Assembly: GCA_963775425.1 (NCBI GenBank) | Contig: CAVZJB010000009.1 | Coordinates: 96,001-160,000 of the forward strand | DNA: 64,000 bases | Direction: 5' to 3' | DNA from: an uncultured delta proteobacterium | GTDB lineage: Bacteria > Myxococcota > UBA727 > VGSZ01 | Part shown: piece by piece, positions 36,507 to 45,850 of the stretch | Layout: each line of letters opens with the position of its first letter | Numbering within the stretch: position 1 is the first letter of the stretch | Position numbers and translations under genes: made by a program | Notes under the pieces: model-generated | Told to the model about the DNA's origin: nothing | Seen by the model: the letters and a program-made list of their open reading frames with translations, nothing else | Database searches by the model: none

Positions 36507-38150
36507 GCGCGGCATCAGCTTGGTCCCGATCAGGTAGATGCCGCCGGCGATCAAGAAGCCCGTGAACCAGGCGTAGGGATAGATGGCGTCGAAGAAGCCG
36601 CCGGCGCCGTCGATGACGTGCGCGCTGGCGAGAAAGCCCGGCACGTTCGGCGCAATGCCGGCGACGAGCGCCACCATCGCCACCGGGTTCACGCCGGAGT
36701 AGCGGCCGGTGCGCATGCCCTCGCGGCCGACGCTGCCTTCGAGGATGAAGGCCAGGAAGCGGACGACCGGGATGCGGCTCAGCACCCGCACGACCGAGGC
36801 CAGCACCGGCGTGCTCCCGGGCCGGTAGAGGTCGCCGACGTCGAGCTCGCGCTTCCGCACAATCCAGTAGTCGGCGATCATGATGCCGGCGATGGGCCCG
36901 AGGAGCGCCGAGTAGCCCACGAGCCAGTTGAAGATGTACGTGTCCGCCGACGCCAGCAGCTTCCACGGCATGAGCAGGATGCCGAGCACGCCGGTGATGA
37001 GCCCGCCCATCTTGAACGAGATGTGCTTCGGCGCGAGGTTGGCGAAGTCGTTGGCGGGGCTGACGACGTTGGCGGCGATGTTCACCGACACCGTGGCGAT
37101 GCCGACGCCGACCAGCGACACCACCGCGACCAGCAGGCGCACCCCGTCGGACGCGATGAGCGGAGCCTCGAGGCCGGCGGGCGCCGTGCTCGACGTGATC
37201 TGCGAGAGCACGAACACCGGGTCCCACAGCTTGCCCGGGTCCACGCCGGTGAGGAGCGCCTGCGACGCGCTCGTCACGACGACGCCCATCGCCGAAAACG
37301 CGATCATCGTCGTCGGCAGGCCCAGCACCTGGCCGAGCATCTGTTCTTTCTGGCCTTTGCCGAAGCGCGTGAAGTCCGGGATGTTCAACGAGAGCGTGGC
37401 CCAAAAGCCAATCATGCCCGTCAGCGACGGGATGAAGACCTTCCAGAACGCGCCGACGGTCTCGAACTTGGACGGCTGCGTCAGCATCGGCCCGAGGCCG
37501 CCCGCCTTGACGACGACGAAGGCGAGCAGGCCGCCGGCCAGGACGAGGACGATGGGCGCCGCCCAGTTCTCGAAGACGCGCACCGCGTTCATGCCGCGGA
37601 AGATGATGAAGACGTTCAGGCCCCAAAACAGGAAGAACGTGATGGCCGACGGCAGCGTGAGGCCGGCGAACGACGCGCCGCCGCCGAGGTTGGCGTATCC
37701 GGGCCACAGGGCTTCCACGAAGGTCTTCACGGCTTCGCCGCCGATGAACGTCTGGATGCCGAACCAGCCGCACGCGACGATGGCGCGCAGGACGGCGGCG
37801 ACGTTGGCACCGGCGGTGCCGAACGAGGCGCGCGCGAACACGGGGAACGGGATGCCGTAGCGGGTGCCCGCGTGCGCGTTCAGCAGGATGGGCACGAGCA
37901 CGATGATGTTGCCGAGCCCGACCGTGAAGAGCGCCTGCCACCAGTTCATGCCCGCGGCGACCAGGCCGCCGGCGAGCATGTACGTGGGGATGCAGTGCGC
38001 CATGGAGATCCACAGGGCGGCGAAGTTGTACGTCGTCCACGTCCGGCGCGACGCGGGCACCGGCGCCAGGTCGGGGTTGAACAGCGGGCTGTCCTTGACG
38101 TCGGCGGGGAGACCTTCGAGCGCCTCCGCCACGAATGCGGGATCGTGCAT
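36486..38150 (-). CDS. NCS1 nucleobase:cation symporter
   Basis: NPDLAP..RRTW, GTRYGIPFPV, CGWFGIQ, LNIPDFTR and PWKL motifs. Confidence 0.95.
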   Translation of the reverse strand: MHDPAFVAEALEGLPADVKDSPLFNPDLAPVPASRRTWTTYNFAALWISMAHCIPTYMLAGGLVAAGMNWWQALFTVGLGNIIVLVPILLNAHAGTRYGIPFPVFARASFGTAGANVAAVLRAIVACGWFGIQTFIGGEAVKTFVEALWPGYANLGGGASFAGLTLPSAITFFLFWGLNVFIIFRGMNAVRVFENWAAPIVLVLAGGLLAFVVVKAGGLGPMLTQPSKFETVGAFWKVFIPSLTGMIGFWATLSLNIPDFTRFGKGQKEQMLGQVLGLPTTMIAFSAMGVVVTSASQALLTGVDPGKLWDPVFVLSQITSSTAPAGLEAPLIASDGVRLLVAVVSLVGVGIATVSVNIAANVVSPANDFANLAPKHISFKMGGLITGVLGILLMPWKLLASADTYIFNWLVGYSALLGPIAGIMIADYWIVRKRELDVGDLYRPGSTPVLASVVRVLSRIPVVRFLAFILEGSVGREGMRTGRYSGVNPVAMVALVAGIAPNVPGFLASAHVIDGAGGFFDAIYPYAWFTGFLIAGGIYLIGTKLMPRASAPAA

Positions 38151-38214
38151 GGCGTCACTGGTAGCGGCGCCGACCTCGGTTGCAAACCGCCTCGCCGCCG
38201 GCCACAAGGAGGAC

Positions 38215-38508
38215 GTGCTCGCCGCGCTCCTCATCACGGGCCTCGCCGTCGTCTCTCCCGGGCGCGCGACGCCCCGCGTCGAGCTCGCGCACGCAACCCG
38301 CCCGCTGCCGACGTCGGCGCAGGCCGGCCTCGAGCTCGCGGGCGCCGGCGCCGCGGTCTTGTGGATCCGCCACGTCGTCGTCGACGCGCGCACGCGCGGG
38401 CAGGAGGCGGAGGCCGTCGACCTCGTCACCGGTCCTTTGCCCTTCGGCGCCTTCCCGGCGGTCATCGTTCCGCTCGCGCGCGCGGCGCACCTGTTGCCGT
38501 CGGAGTAG
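38215..38508 (+). CDS. Small hypothetical protein
   Basis: AAGGAGG just before GTG 38215; hydrophobic N-terminus. Confidence 0.45.
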   Translation: MLAALLITGLAVVSPGRATPRVELAHATRPLPTSAQAGLELAGAGAAVLWIRHVVVDARTRGQEAEAVDLVTGPLPFGAFPAVIVPLARAAHLLPSE

Positions 38509-38556
38509 CGGGGACAGCCCGGTTGATTCTTCGCGGGGTCGACGTAGAACGCGACC

Positions 38557-39870
38557 ATGAAGACCGGCTCGAACCTCTCCGCCGCCGACATCGCGCACAA
38601 CTTCGCCGAGATCGCGCCCGCGCTGAACAAGGCGGAGGCGTTCGCGGAGAGCAACCGCTGCCTCATGTGCTACGACGCGCCTTGCACCATCGCGTGCCCG
38701 ACGCACATCGACGTGCCCGCGTTCATCAAGAAGATCCACAACGACAACCTCAAGGGCGCGGCCCGCGTCATCCTCGACGCCAACCCCATGGGGCACTCCT
38801 GCGCGCGCGCGTGCCCGGTGGAGGCGCTGTGCGAGGGCAGCTGCGTGATGAACCACCAGCAGATGAAGCCCATCGAGATCGCGCGGCTGCAGCGCTATGC
38901 CACGGACGCCGCGCTCGAAAACGACTGGAAGCTCTTCGAGCCCGGCCCCGCCACGGGCAAGAGCATCGGCATCGTCGGCGCCGGCCCCGCCGGGCTGTCG
39001 TGCGCGCAGGACCTGCGCCGCGCCGGCCACGCCGTCGTCGTGTACGACGCCAAGCAGAAGCCCGGCGGCCTCAACACCTACGGCATCGCGCAGTACAAGC
39101 TCACGCCGGAGACGGCGCTGGCCGAGGCCAAGATGGTCGAGGCGCTCGGCGTCGAGATCAAGACGGGCGTCGTCGTCGGCAAGGACGTCTCGTGGGACGA
39201 CCTGTTGAAGAAGCACGACGCGGTGTTCCTCGGCATGGGCCTCGGCGCCACGCAGAACCTGGGCATCCCCGGCGAGGACCTCACGGGCGTCGTCGACGCG
39301 CTCACCTTCATCGAGCACTTGAAGGAGAAGCCCTACGGGGCGTTCAAGGTGCAGGCGCGCGTGCTCGTCATCGGCGCGGGCAACACGGCGGTCGACGCCG
39401 CCACGCAGGCGCGCCGGCTCGGCGCGGAGCACGTGAGCTTCGTGTACCGGCGCGACGAGGCGGCGGCGCCCGCCTACGAGTACGAGCTCGACATCGCCAG
39501 GAAAGACGGCTGCGAGTTCATCTGGCGCACGGTGCCCGTGGCCGTCGAGGGCCAAAACGGCCGGGTCACCGGCCTTCGCTGCGTGCGCGTGAACGACAAG
39601 CTCGAGCCGCAAGACGGCTCGGAGCACGTCATCCCGTGCGACCTCGTCATCAAGGCGCTCGGGCAGCAGAAGCGCAAGGCGATGCTCGGGCAGGTCCCCG
39701 GCCTGGTGCTCGACGGCGCCGGCCGCGTCGTCGTGCAGGCCAACGGGCAGACCACCAACGAGAAGGTCTTCGCCGGCGGCGACTGCATCAACGGCGGCAA
39801 GGAGATCGTGAACGCCGCCGCCGACGGCAAGCGCGCCGCCCACGCCATCGACGTGTTCCTGCGCGTGTGA
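38557..39870 (+). CDS. preT: Dihydropyrimidine dehydrogenase NAD(P)/FAD subunit (GltD-like)
   Basis: RCLMCYDAPCTIACP, GAGPAG, GAGNTAVD and FAGGD motifs; adjacent to preA. Confidence 0.9.
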   Translation: MKTGSNLSAADIAHNFAEIAPALNKAEAFAESNRCLMCYDAPCTIACPTHIDVPAFIKKIHNDNLKGAARVILDANPMGHSCARACPVEALCEGSCVMNHQQMKPIEIARLQRYATDAALENDWKLFEPGPATGKSIGIVGAGPAGLSCAQDLRRAGHAVVVYDAKQKPGGLNTYGIAQYKLTPETALAEAKMVEALGVEIKTGVVVGKDVSWDDLLKKHDAVFLGMGLGATQNLGIPGEDLTGVVDALTFIEHLKEKPYGAFKVQARVLVIGAGNTAVDAATQARRLGAEHVSFVYRRDEAAAPAYEYELDIARKDGCEFIWRTVPVAVEGQNGRVTGLRCVRVNDKLEPQDGSEHVIPCDLVIKALGQQKRKAMLGQVPGLVLDGAGRVVVQANGQTTNEKVFAGGDCINGGKEIVNAAADGKRAAHAIDVFLRV

Positions 39871-39923
39871 GCTCGGCGCTTTTGACGGGTTGCACGGCGA
39901 TGCGGCTTCGATAGCGTCGGGCC

Positions 39924-41240
39924 ATGGTCGACCTCACCGCCAACCTCGCCGGCATCGTGTCCCCGAACCCCTTCTGGCTTGCGTCGGCGCCGCCCACCAA
40001 CACCTACGGGCAGGTCGCGCGCGCGTTCGACAACGGCTGGGGCGGCGCGGTGTGGAAGACCATCGGCCAGCCCATCATCAACGTCTACTCACGCTACGGC
40101 GGGCTCGACTCGGGCACGCAGAAGCTCATCGGCCTCAACAACATCGAGCTCATCACGGACCGTCCCATCGAGGACAACATCAAGGAGATGAAGCTCGTCA
40201 AGAAGCGCTACCCCAAGCACGCGCTCATCGCGTCGCTCATGGTGGAGTCAAACCGCGAAGCGTGGCACGAGATCGTGAAGCGCACGCAGGGTGAGACCGG
40301 CTGCGACGGCTTCGAGCTCAACTTCGGCTGCCCGCACGGCATGAGCGAGCGCGGCATGGGCGCCGCCGTGGGTCAGGTGCCCGAGTACTGCCAGCAGATC
40401 GTGGAGTGGGTGAAGGAGGTCTCCTCCATCCCCGTCATCACCAAGCTCACGCCCAACGTCGCCGACGTCACCTATCCGGCCCGGGCCGCAAAGGCAGCCA
40501 AGACCGACGCCGTCAGCCTCATCAACACCGTCAACTCCATCATCAGCGTCGATCTCGACCTCATGGCGCCCAGGCCGAGCGTCGCGGGCAAGGGATCGCA
40601 CGGGGGCTACTGCGGCCCGGCGGTGAAGCCCATCGCGCTCAACATGATCTCGTCCATCGCCGCGGACCCGGAGCTCGCCGGGCTCCCCGTCTCCGGCATC
40701 GGCGGCGTGTCCACGTGGAAGGACGCGGCGGAGTTCATCGCGCTCGGCTGCACCAACGTGCAGGTGTGCACGGCGGTCATGCACTACGGCTTCCGCATCG
40801 TCGAGGACATGATCGACGGCCTCTCGTCGTGGATGGAGTCCAAGGGCTACTCGAAGCTCGCGGACTTCCAGGGCAAGGCCGTGTCCACCGTGCAGAAGTG
40901 GGAGAACCTCGACCTCAACTACTTCACCCGCGCGCACATCGACGAGGACAAGTGCATCGGCTGCGAGCTCTGCTACATCGCCTGCGAAGACGGCGCGCAC
41001 CAGGCGCTGCGCCTCGTCACGCGCACGACGCCTGCCGGCGAGGCCCTGCGGCGCGTCGAGGTCAAAGAGGACATGTGCGTCGGCTGCAACCTGTGCTCGC
41101 TCGTGTGCCCCGTGCCGGACTGCATCAGCATGAAGCAAATCCCGAGCGGCGGCGCGCCCACCACCTGGAAGCAGTTCGCCGGGGGGCAGGGAAAGCTCGC
41201 CGAGCGCCCGCAGCACTACACGGACGTCGACGAGGCGTAG
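39924..41240 (+). CDS. preA: Dihydropyrimidine dehydrogenase subunit PreA
   Basis: NPFWLASAPP, GLNNIELI, ELNFGCPHG, KLTPN motifs; two C-terminal 4Fe-4S motifs. Confidence 0.96.
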   Translation: MVDLTANLAGIVSPNPFWLASAPPTNTYGQVARAFDNGWGGAVWKTIGQPIINVYSRYGGLDSGTQKLIGLNNIELITDRPIEDNIKEMKLVKKRYPKHALIASLMVESNREAWHEIVKRTQGETGCDGFELNFGCPHGMSERGMGAAVGQVPEYCQQIVEWVKEVSSIPVITKLTPNVADVTYPARAAKAAKTDAVSLINTVNSIISVDLDLMAPRPSVAGKGSHGGYCGPAVKPIALNMISSIAADPELAGLPVSGIGGVSTWKDAAEFIALGCTNVQVCTAVMHYGFRIVEDMIDGLSSWMESKGYSKLADFQGKAVSTVQKWENLDLNYFTRAHIDEDKCIGCELCYIACEDGAHQALRLVTRTTPAGEALRRVEVKEDMCVGCNLCSLVCPVPDCISMKQIPSGGAPTTWKQFAGGQGKLAERPQHYTDVDEA

Positions 41241-41243
41241 CCC

Positions 41244-41468
41244 CTACGGCTCGGGGTCGCCCTCGGCGGAGTTGACGACCTCGTCGAAGAAGCCGGCGAA
41301 CGCGGGGCGCTCGTCCTGCCGCACGACGCCTGCGCGCTTGAGCCACTGGATGGCCTCGAGCAGCTCGCCGTCCTGCTCGGTGTCAGGCTGGGTGTCAGGG
41401 CGAACGTCGTCGTCGTCCTCTGCGGGCAGGGGCGGCGGATGGGGCTTGTGCACGCTCATCGTGGTCAT
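41244..41468 (-). CDS. Small acidic hypothetical protein
   Basis: GAGGGA RBS before ATG; LEAIQWLKRAGVV helix. Confidence 0.5.
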   Translation of the reverse strand: MTTMSVHKPHPPPLPAEDDDDVRPDTQPDTEQDGELLEAIQWLKRAGVVRQDERPAFAGFFDEVVNSAEGDPEP

Positions 41469-41703
41469 CGCTGTTCCCTCGAACGGACACTGAACCCGGT
41501 AGAAGCGAGAAACATGCCCGACGCTCAACCCGAGAGCGACGACGCGTGTCACGCCGGATCCGCGCGGGGCGTGCGCGCGACACAGGCCGAAGGACGCGGC
41601 GATCGTGCGCGAAGCGATCGTTCGAATCGAGGCAACGGCTGTGTCGCCGTGCCCGCGGCCCGCGAATTTCTGCGTGTACGTGTGAGTGGCAGCTCGCGGG
41701 CCG

Positions 41704-42567
41704 TCAGGCGCGCGTGGCGAGGAGGGCGCGGATGGCGCCGGCGACGTCGGCGGGGCGCTCGACATGGAGGTGGTGCGCCCCCTTGAGGGTCTGCAGGCGC
41801 GCCTGCTTCATGGCCGCGAGGCGCGCGTCGGTGGTCTCGCCCTCGGGGACGTAGCCGTCGCTCGCCCGCAGCACGAGGACGGGCATCCTCATGCGCGCGG
41901 CGGTGGCGAGCCACATGGACTCCGGCCAGCGCACGGGGGTGGGCCCGCGCAGCCGCGGGTCGAACGGGAAGGCGAGGCGGCCGTCGCCGGCGTCGACGAG
42001 CACGTGCCGCACCATGCGCAGCGCGCCCTCCCTGGACAGCCCCGGGTTCTGCTGGCGGACCTTGTCGGCCGCGTCGTCGACGCTGGCGACGGTGGAGAAG
42101 GGGCGCTTGTCCGCGAGCACGCTCTTCACCACCTCGGCGAGGCGCTCGGGGGCCTCCGCCGGGTCTTCGGGCGGCCCGCCCACCGAGTCGATGAGCAGCA
42201 GCCGCGGCACCATCGCCGGGACCGCGCCCGCGAGCAGGGTCGCGACGTTGCCCCCCATCGAGTGCGCGACGAGGACGTCGACGGCTTCGCCGCTCTTCTT
42301 CAGCGTGTCGATGACGACGGCGACGTCCTTCAGGTGATCGAGCAGGTGATAGCTGCCGCCGGCGCCGACGCGCTCGCTCTGCCCGTGGCCGCGGAGGTCG
42401 AGCGCGAGGCAGCGCACGCCGTCGAGGGCGTCCGCGACCGCGTCGAAGGAGCGACCGGTGTCCAGGTAGCCGTGCACGAAGAGCGCGACCGGTCCTGCGC
42501 CGGCGTGATCCCACAAGCGCAGCTTGAGGCCGTTGGCTTTGACGACGCGAGCGACCGGTGACGCCAC
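41704..42567 (-). CDS. Alpha/beta hydrolase
   Basis: HGYLD, DLRGHGQS, AHSMGG nucleophile elbow, HHLHVE. Confidence 0.92.
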   Translation of the reverse strand: MASPVARVVKANGLKLRLWDHAGAGPVALFVHGYLDTGRSFDAVADALDGVRCLALDLRGHGQSERVGAGGSYHLLDHLKDVAVVIDTLKKSGEAVDVLVAHSMGGNVATLLAGAVPAMVPRLLLIDSVGGPPEDPAEAPERLAEVVKSVLADKRPFSTVASVDDAADKVRQQNPGLSREGALRMVRHVLVDAGDGRLAFPFDPRLRGPTPVRWPESMWLATAARMRMPVLVLRASDGYVPEGETTDARLAAMKQARLQTLKGAHHLHVERPADVAGAIRALLATRA

Positions 42568-42590
42568 CGCGCGGGTCTAGCATGACGCCG

Positions 42591-44543
42591 GTGGGCCGGC
42601 GGGCCTCCGTCGCCGATTCCGCCCGCGTCGCCGCCCGGCTACGCTCGGGCGTGACCGACGACATCCTGCAGCGTCTCCTCTCCGACCCAGACGTCATTGC
42701 CGACCCCGTCGCCGTGGAGCTCGCACACGTCGTCAGCGCGCCCACGGGCCTGTCGTCCGCGGGCTTTCCGTACCTGAGCGACGACGCCTTCGCGCGCTTT
42801 CGCGACCGCGTGCCGCACATCCTCGCCATGGGCCCGCGCGCGCTCGCCGCGCTCGACGTCGTCACCGCCGCCGCGCGCCGCGCCGGCGCCGACGTCGCCG
42901 CCGCCGCCAGGGTGGTGCGCGGCTGCGTCCTCACCGCCGCCGTCACCGCGCCGCCCGACCTGTGGCTCGTTCGTCACGTCGCCGGGTGCCTCGCGCGCAC
43001 GGGCGTGGTGCAACGCCTCCTCGCCGGCGAGACCGTCGACGCGAGCGCATGCGACGTCGTCGTCGCCGGCGGCACGCACCGCGCCGATGCGCGCGAGCTC
43101 GAGGCCGACCTCACGCTCCTCGTGTCACGCGGCCTGGTCCAGGTCGCGCCGTCCGTCGACGGTGAGCGCCGCGCGCGCTTCGTGGCCCCGCGTCACCCGC
43201 GTGCGCGAGAGACGCTCGCCGCGCTTTCGCCGCTGCCGCCGTCGTGGCCGGCCGACGTCTCTCGCCTGTGGTGGCTCGCGTTCGCGGACGCAGCCGAGCG
43301 AAGCGCCGGTGGCCGCTCGACGATGTCGGGGCTCGCCGTGCGCCCCCTCGACGACGACGAGCGCGCGGTGCTCGTCGAGCTCGGCGCGAGCGCGCGCACC
43401 CGCACCGACGCCGCGCAGGACACGTGGATCCCCACGGCCGTCGAGGTCGAGGTCGGCTTTCGCCTCGTCCCCGTCGTGCTTGGCCTGCGCGCCGCCGGGA
43501 TGCACGCGCGGCTCGCCGAGGGCGCCGCCCTCGACGCCGCCGCGCTGTGCCCGGGCGAGCCCGCGGTGGGCGCCGCGGCGCTGGCGATCCTCGAGGCGGC
43601 CGGCGTCGTCATGAAGGCCGGCGGGGACGGCGGCGGCGGTCCGCGGTTCCTGCCCACGGCCACGGGCAAGCGCGTCGGCGACAAGGGCGCCGGGCCCATG
43701 GGCATCATCGAGGCGTACCACCCGTACATGGCCCACCTCGACGACATCCTCGTGCACGGCCGCGGCGGCGCCGCGTGGGTCACGCGCGGCGCGAACATCG
43801 CCGCCAGCCAGGACGCCAACCGCGACACCTTCCAAAGGGCGAACGACGCCCTCGACGCGTACTGCGCGGACACCGGCTTTTCGTACGAGGTGTACATCGA
43901 GCACGCCATCGGCCGCGGTGAGGCCACGCGGCAGCGCTTCGAGAAGGACGGCGAGCGCGTGCGTTACTTCGGCGCCGACCTCGAGGACGCCGCCATCGAC
44001 GCGTGCCTCGAGGAGCAGGCGCGCGGGGTGCTGCCCAGGAACATGGTGTTCGTGCGCCACGCCGACATCGGCGACCCGCAGCCGCTCGTCGACGCCGTCC
44101 GCAAGGCCGGCTGCTCCACGGAGGGCGCGGTGATGATCGTCGGCAACGGCTTTCACGAGGTGCGGGGCAAGGACGACGACGGCATGGTCGGCGTCTTCCG
44201 CGCCTACTGCGACGCCGGCATCGTGTTGCTCTTCACCGAGGAGAACGCGCTGCGCGTCGACGACCTCCTGGCCACGGCGTGGAACACCTACCACGCGGGC
44301 TTCCGTTACGTGCACGACAAGTCCGGGCAGGGGCTCCGGCCCGCCGAGCCCGCGCTCCCGTCGACGGTGGGCCGCTCGCTGCACAGCTCGTGGCGCGAGT
44401 GCGCCGAGCGCGCGGGCTACGTGCGCATGGACAAGTACTCGTCCAAGTCGCGCACGGTCTACCCGCTGGCGAGGAAGGGACGCGCCAACCCCACCATCAG
44501 CGCGAGCCACTTCTGCGTTCCGGCGCGGCTCGTCCGGGCATAG
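42591..44543 (+). CDS. Large hypothetical protein, winged-helix-like N-terminus plus SAM-methyltransferase-like C-terminus
   Basis: YIEHAIGRGE, YFGADLE, HADIGDP and VGNGFHEV resemble class I MTase motifs; TAGCAT 7 nt before GTG. Confidence 0.6.
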   Translation: MGRRASVADSARVAARLRSGVTDDILQRLLSDPDVIADPVAVELAHVVSAPTGLSSAGFPYLSDDAFARFRDRVPHILAMGPRALAALDVVTAAARRAGADVAAAARVVRGCVLTAAVTAPPDLWLVRHVAGCLARTGVVQRLLAGETVDASACDVVVAGGTHRADARELEADLTLLVSRGLVQVAPSVDGERRARFVAPRHPRARETLAALSPLPPSWPADVSRLWWLAFADAAERSAGGRSTMSGLAVRPLDDDERAVLVELGASARTRTDAAQDTWIPTAVEVEVGFRLVPVVLGLRAAGMHARLAEGAALDAAALCPGEPAVGAAALAILEAAGVVMKAGGDGGGGPRFLPTATGKRVGDKGAGPMGIIEAYHPYMAHLDDILVHGRGGAAWVTRGANIAASQDANRDTFQRANDALDAYCADTGFSYEVYIEHAIGRGEATRQRFEKDGERVRYFGADLEDAAIDACLEEQARGVLPRNMVFVRHADIGDPQPLVDAVRKAGCSTEGAVMIVGNGFHEVRGKDDDGMVGVFRAYCDAGIVLLFTEENALRVDDLLATAWNTYHAGFRYVHDKSGQGLRPAEPALPSTVGRSLHSSWRECAERAGYVRMDKYSSKSRTVYPLARKGRANPTISASHFCVPARLVRA

Positions 44544-44570
44544 CGCGGGCGCCGCCGGGCCGGGCTGCGT

Positions 44571-45785
44571 TCAGGCGCGCCACACGGGGTGGCGGCGGAA
44601 GCCGGCGGCCATGACGACGACGCCGAGCGCGGAGACGGCGCCGACGAGGAGGAAGTGCGGGCCGTAGCCGAAGGCCTGGGCGGAGACGCCGGAGAGCCAA
44701 CTGCCGACGAGCTGTACGAGCACGACGGCGCAGGCCTGCACGGTGTAGTCGGTGCCGCCGGTCTTCGGGTCGCACACGTCCATCATCGCCGTGAACAGCG
44801 CGACCGTGGCGACGCCGCCGGTGAAGTGCTCGATGACGACGAGCGTGGCCACGACGCCGGGGCCGGTGGCGGCGAACGCCGGCCACGCGTAGCCGGCGAG
44901 GAGGAGCGTGTGCACGGCGCCGCCGGCGACGAGGGCGAAGAGCCGGCCGCGCTTGGCGAGCGCGCCGCCGGTCATGGCGCCGAGCAGGCCGGCCCCCGAG
45001 CCCCACAGCGCGAACAGCGAGCCGATCTGGGAGAGCGAGTACCCCTTGTCGACGAGCATGGTCTTGGCCATCGGCCCGGGCAGCGCGTCGCCGAGCTTGT
45101 AGACGGCGACGAGCGCGAGCCACACGAGCACGTCCTTGCGCTTGAGGAACGCCACCGCGGCGGTCCACGTCACCGGCCCCCCTTCCTGTGTCGCGCCGAC
45201 GAGCGGGCGCTCGCGGAACCACAACACCGGCAGCGTGGCGGCGGCGAGGACGGCAGCCATGGCGACGAAGGTCGCGTGCCAACCGAGCCGATCGAAGACC
45301 CACACGAGGACGGCGCCGCCGATGATCATGCCGACGCGGTACGCGGCGACCTGCACGCCGTTTCCGTGGCCGCGCTCGGCGGGCGTGAGGAGGTCCACGG
45401 CGAGGCCGTCGGTGGCGATGTCCTGTGTGGCCGCCAGCGCGTTCATCACCAGGAGGCCCACGGCCATGACGCCGACGAGCGAGGAGCCGCCGAACGCGCC
45501 TTGCGCGCCGGCGAGCGCGAGGGCCATCGCCACCGTCAGCGCCTGCAGCGGGACGATCCAGCCCCGGCGCCGGCCGAGCGGTGAGCCAGTGAAGCGGTCC
45601 ACCACGGGCGCCCACAGGAACTTCAGCGCCCACGGCGCCGCCAACACCGCGCTCGCCCCGATGAGCGCCAGGGAGATCTTTTCCTTGCGCATCACCACCG
45701 GCAACGCCGTCGTGAAGAAGCCGTAGGGGAGCCCCTGTGAGAGATACAGGGAGGTCAAGAGCCCCAGCTTCGCGGGCGTGCGCAC
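44571..45785 (-). CDS. MFS transporter (AmpG/RhtX/FptX-like)
   Basis: LYLSQGLPYG, PWALKFLWAPVVD, GRRRGW and ATQDIATDG motifs. Confidence 0.92.
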   Translation of the reverse strand: MRTPAKLGLLTSLYLSQGLPYGFFTTALPVVMRKEKISLALIGASAVLAAPWALKFLWAPVVDRFTGSPLGRRRGWIVPLQALTVAMALALAGAQGAFGGSSLVGVMAVGLLVMNALAATQDIATDGLAVDLLTPAERGHGNGVQVAAYRVGMIIGGAVLVWVFDRLGWHATFVAMAAVLAAATLPVLWFRERPLVGATQEGGPVTWTAAVAFLKRKDVLVWLALVAVYKLGDALPGPMAKTMLVDKGYSLSQIGSLFALWGSGAGLLGAMTGGALAKRGRLFALVAGGAVHTLLLAGYAWPAFAATGPGVVATLVVIEHFTGGVATVALFTAMMDVCDPKTGGTDYTVQACAVVLVQLVGSWLSGVSAQAFGYGPHFLLVGAVSALGVVVMAAGFRRHPVWRA

Positions 45786-45850
45786 CCGCGCAATCTAGCC
45801 GGCGGCGGGGGCCTTTCAACCGCCCGCCGCGTTCGCTATCTCGTCGAGCC

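Noticed and set aside
36618-39914. 1098-aa ORF and many other long Arg/Gly/Ala-rich ORFs in the track
   Set aside because: Shadow frames of well-supported genes; stop codons are scarce at this GC content and the products lack motifs
41577-41647. Stem-loop GCGACACAGGCCG / CGGCTGTGTCGC as an ncRNA
   Set aside because: A single moderate stem in GC-rich DNA is expected by chance
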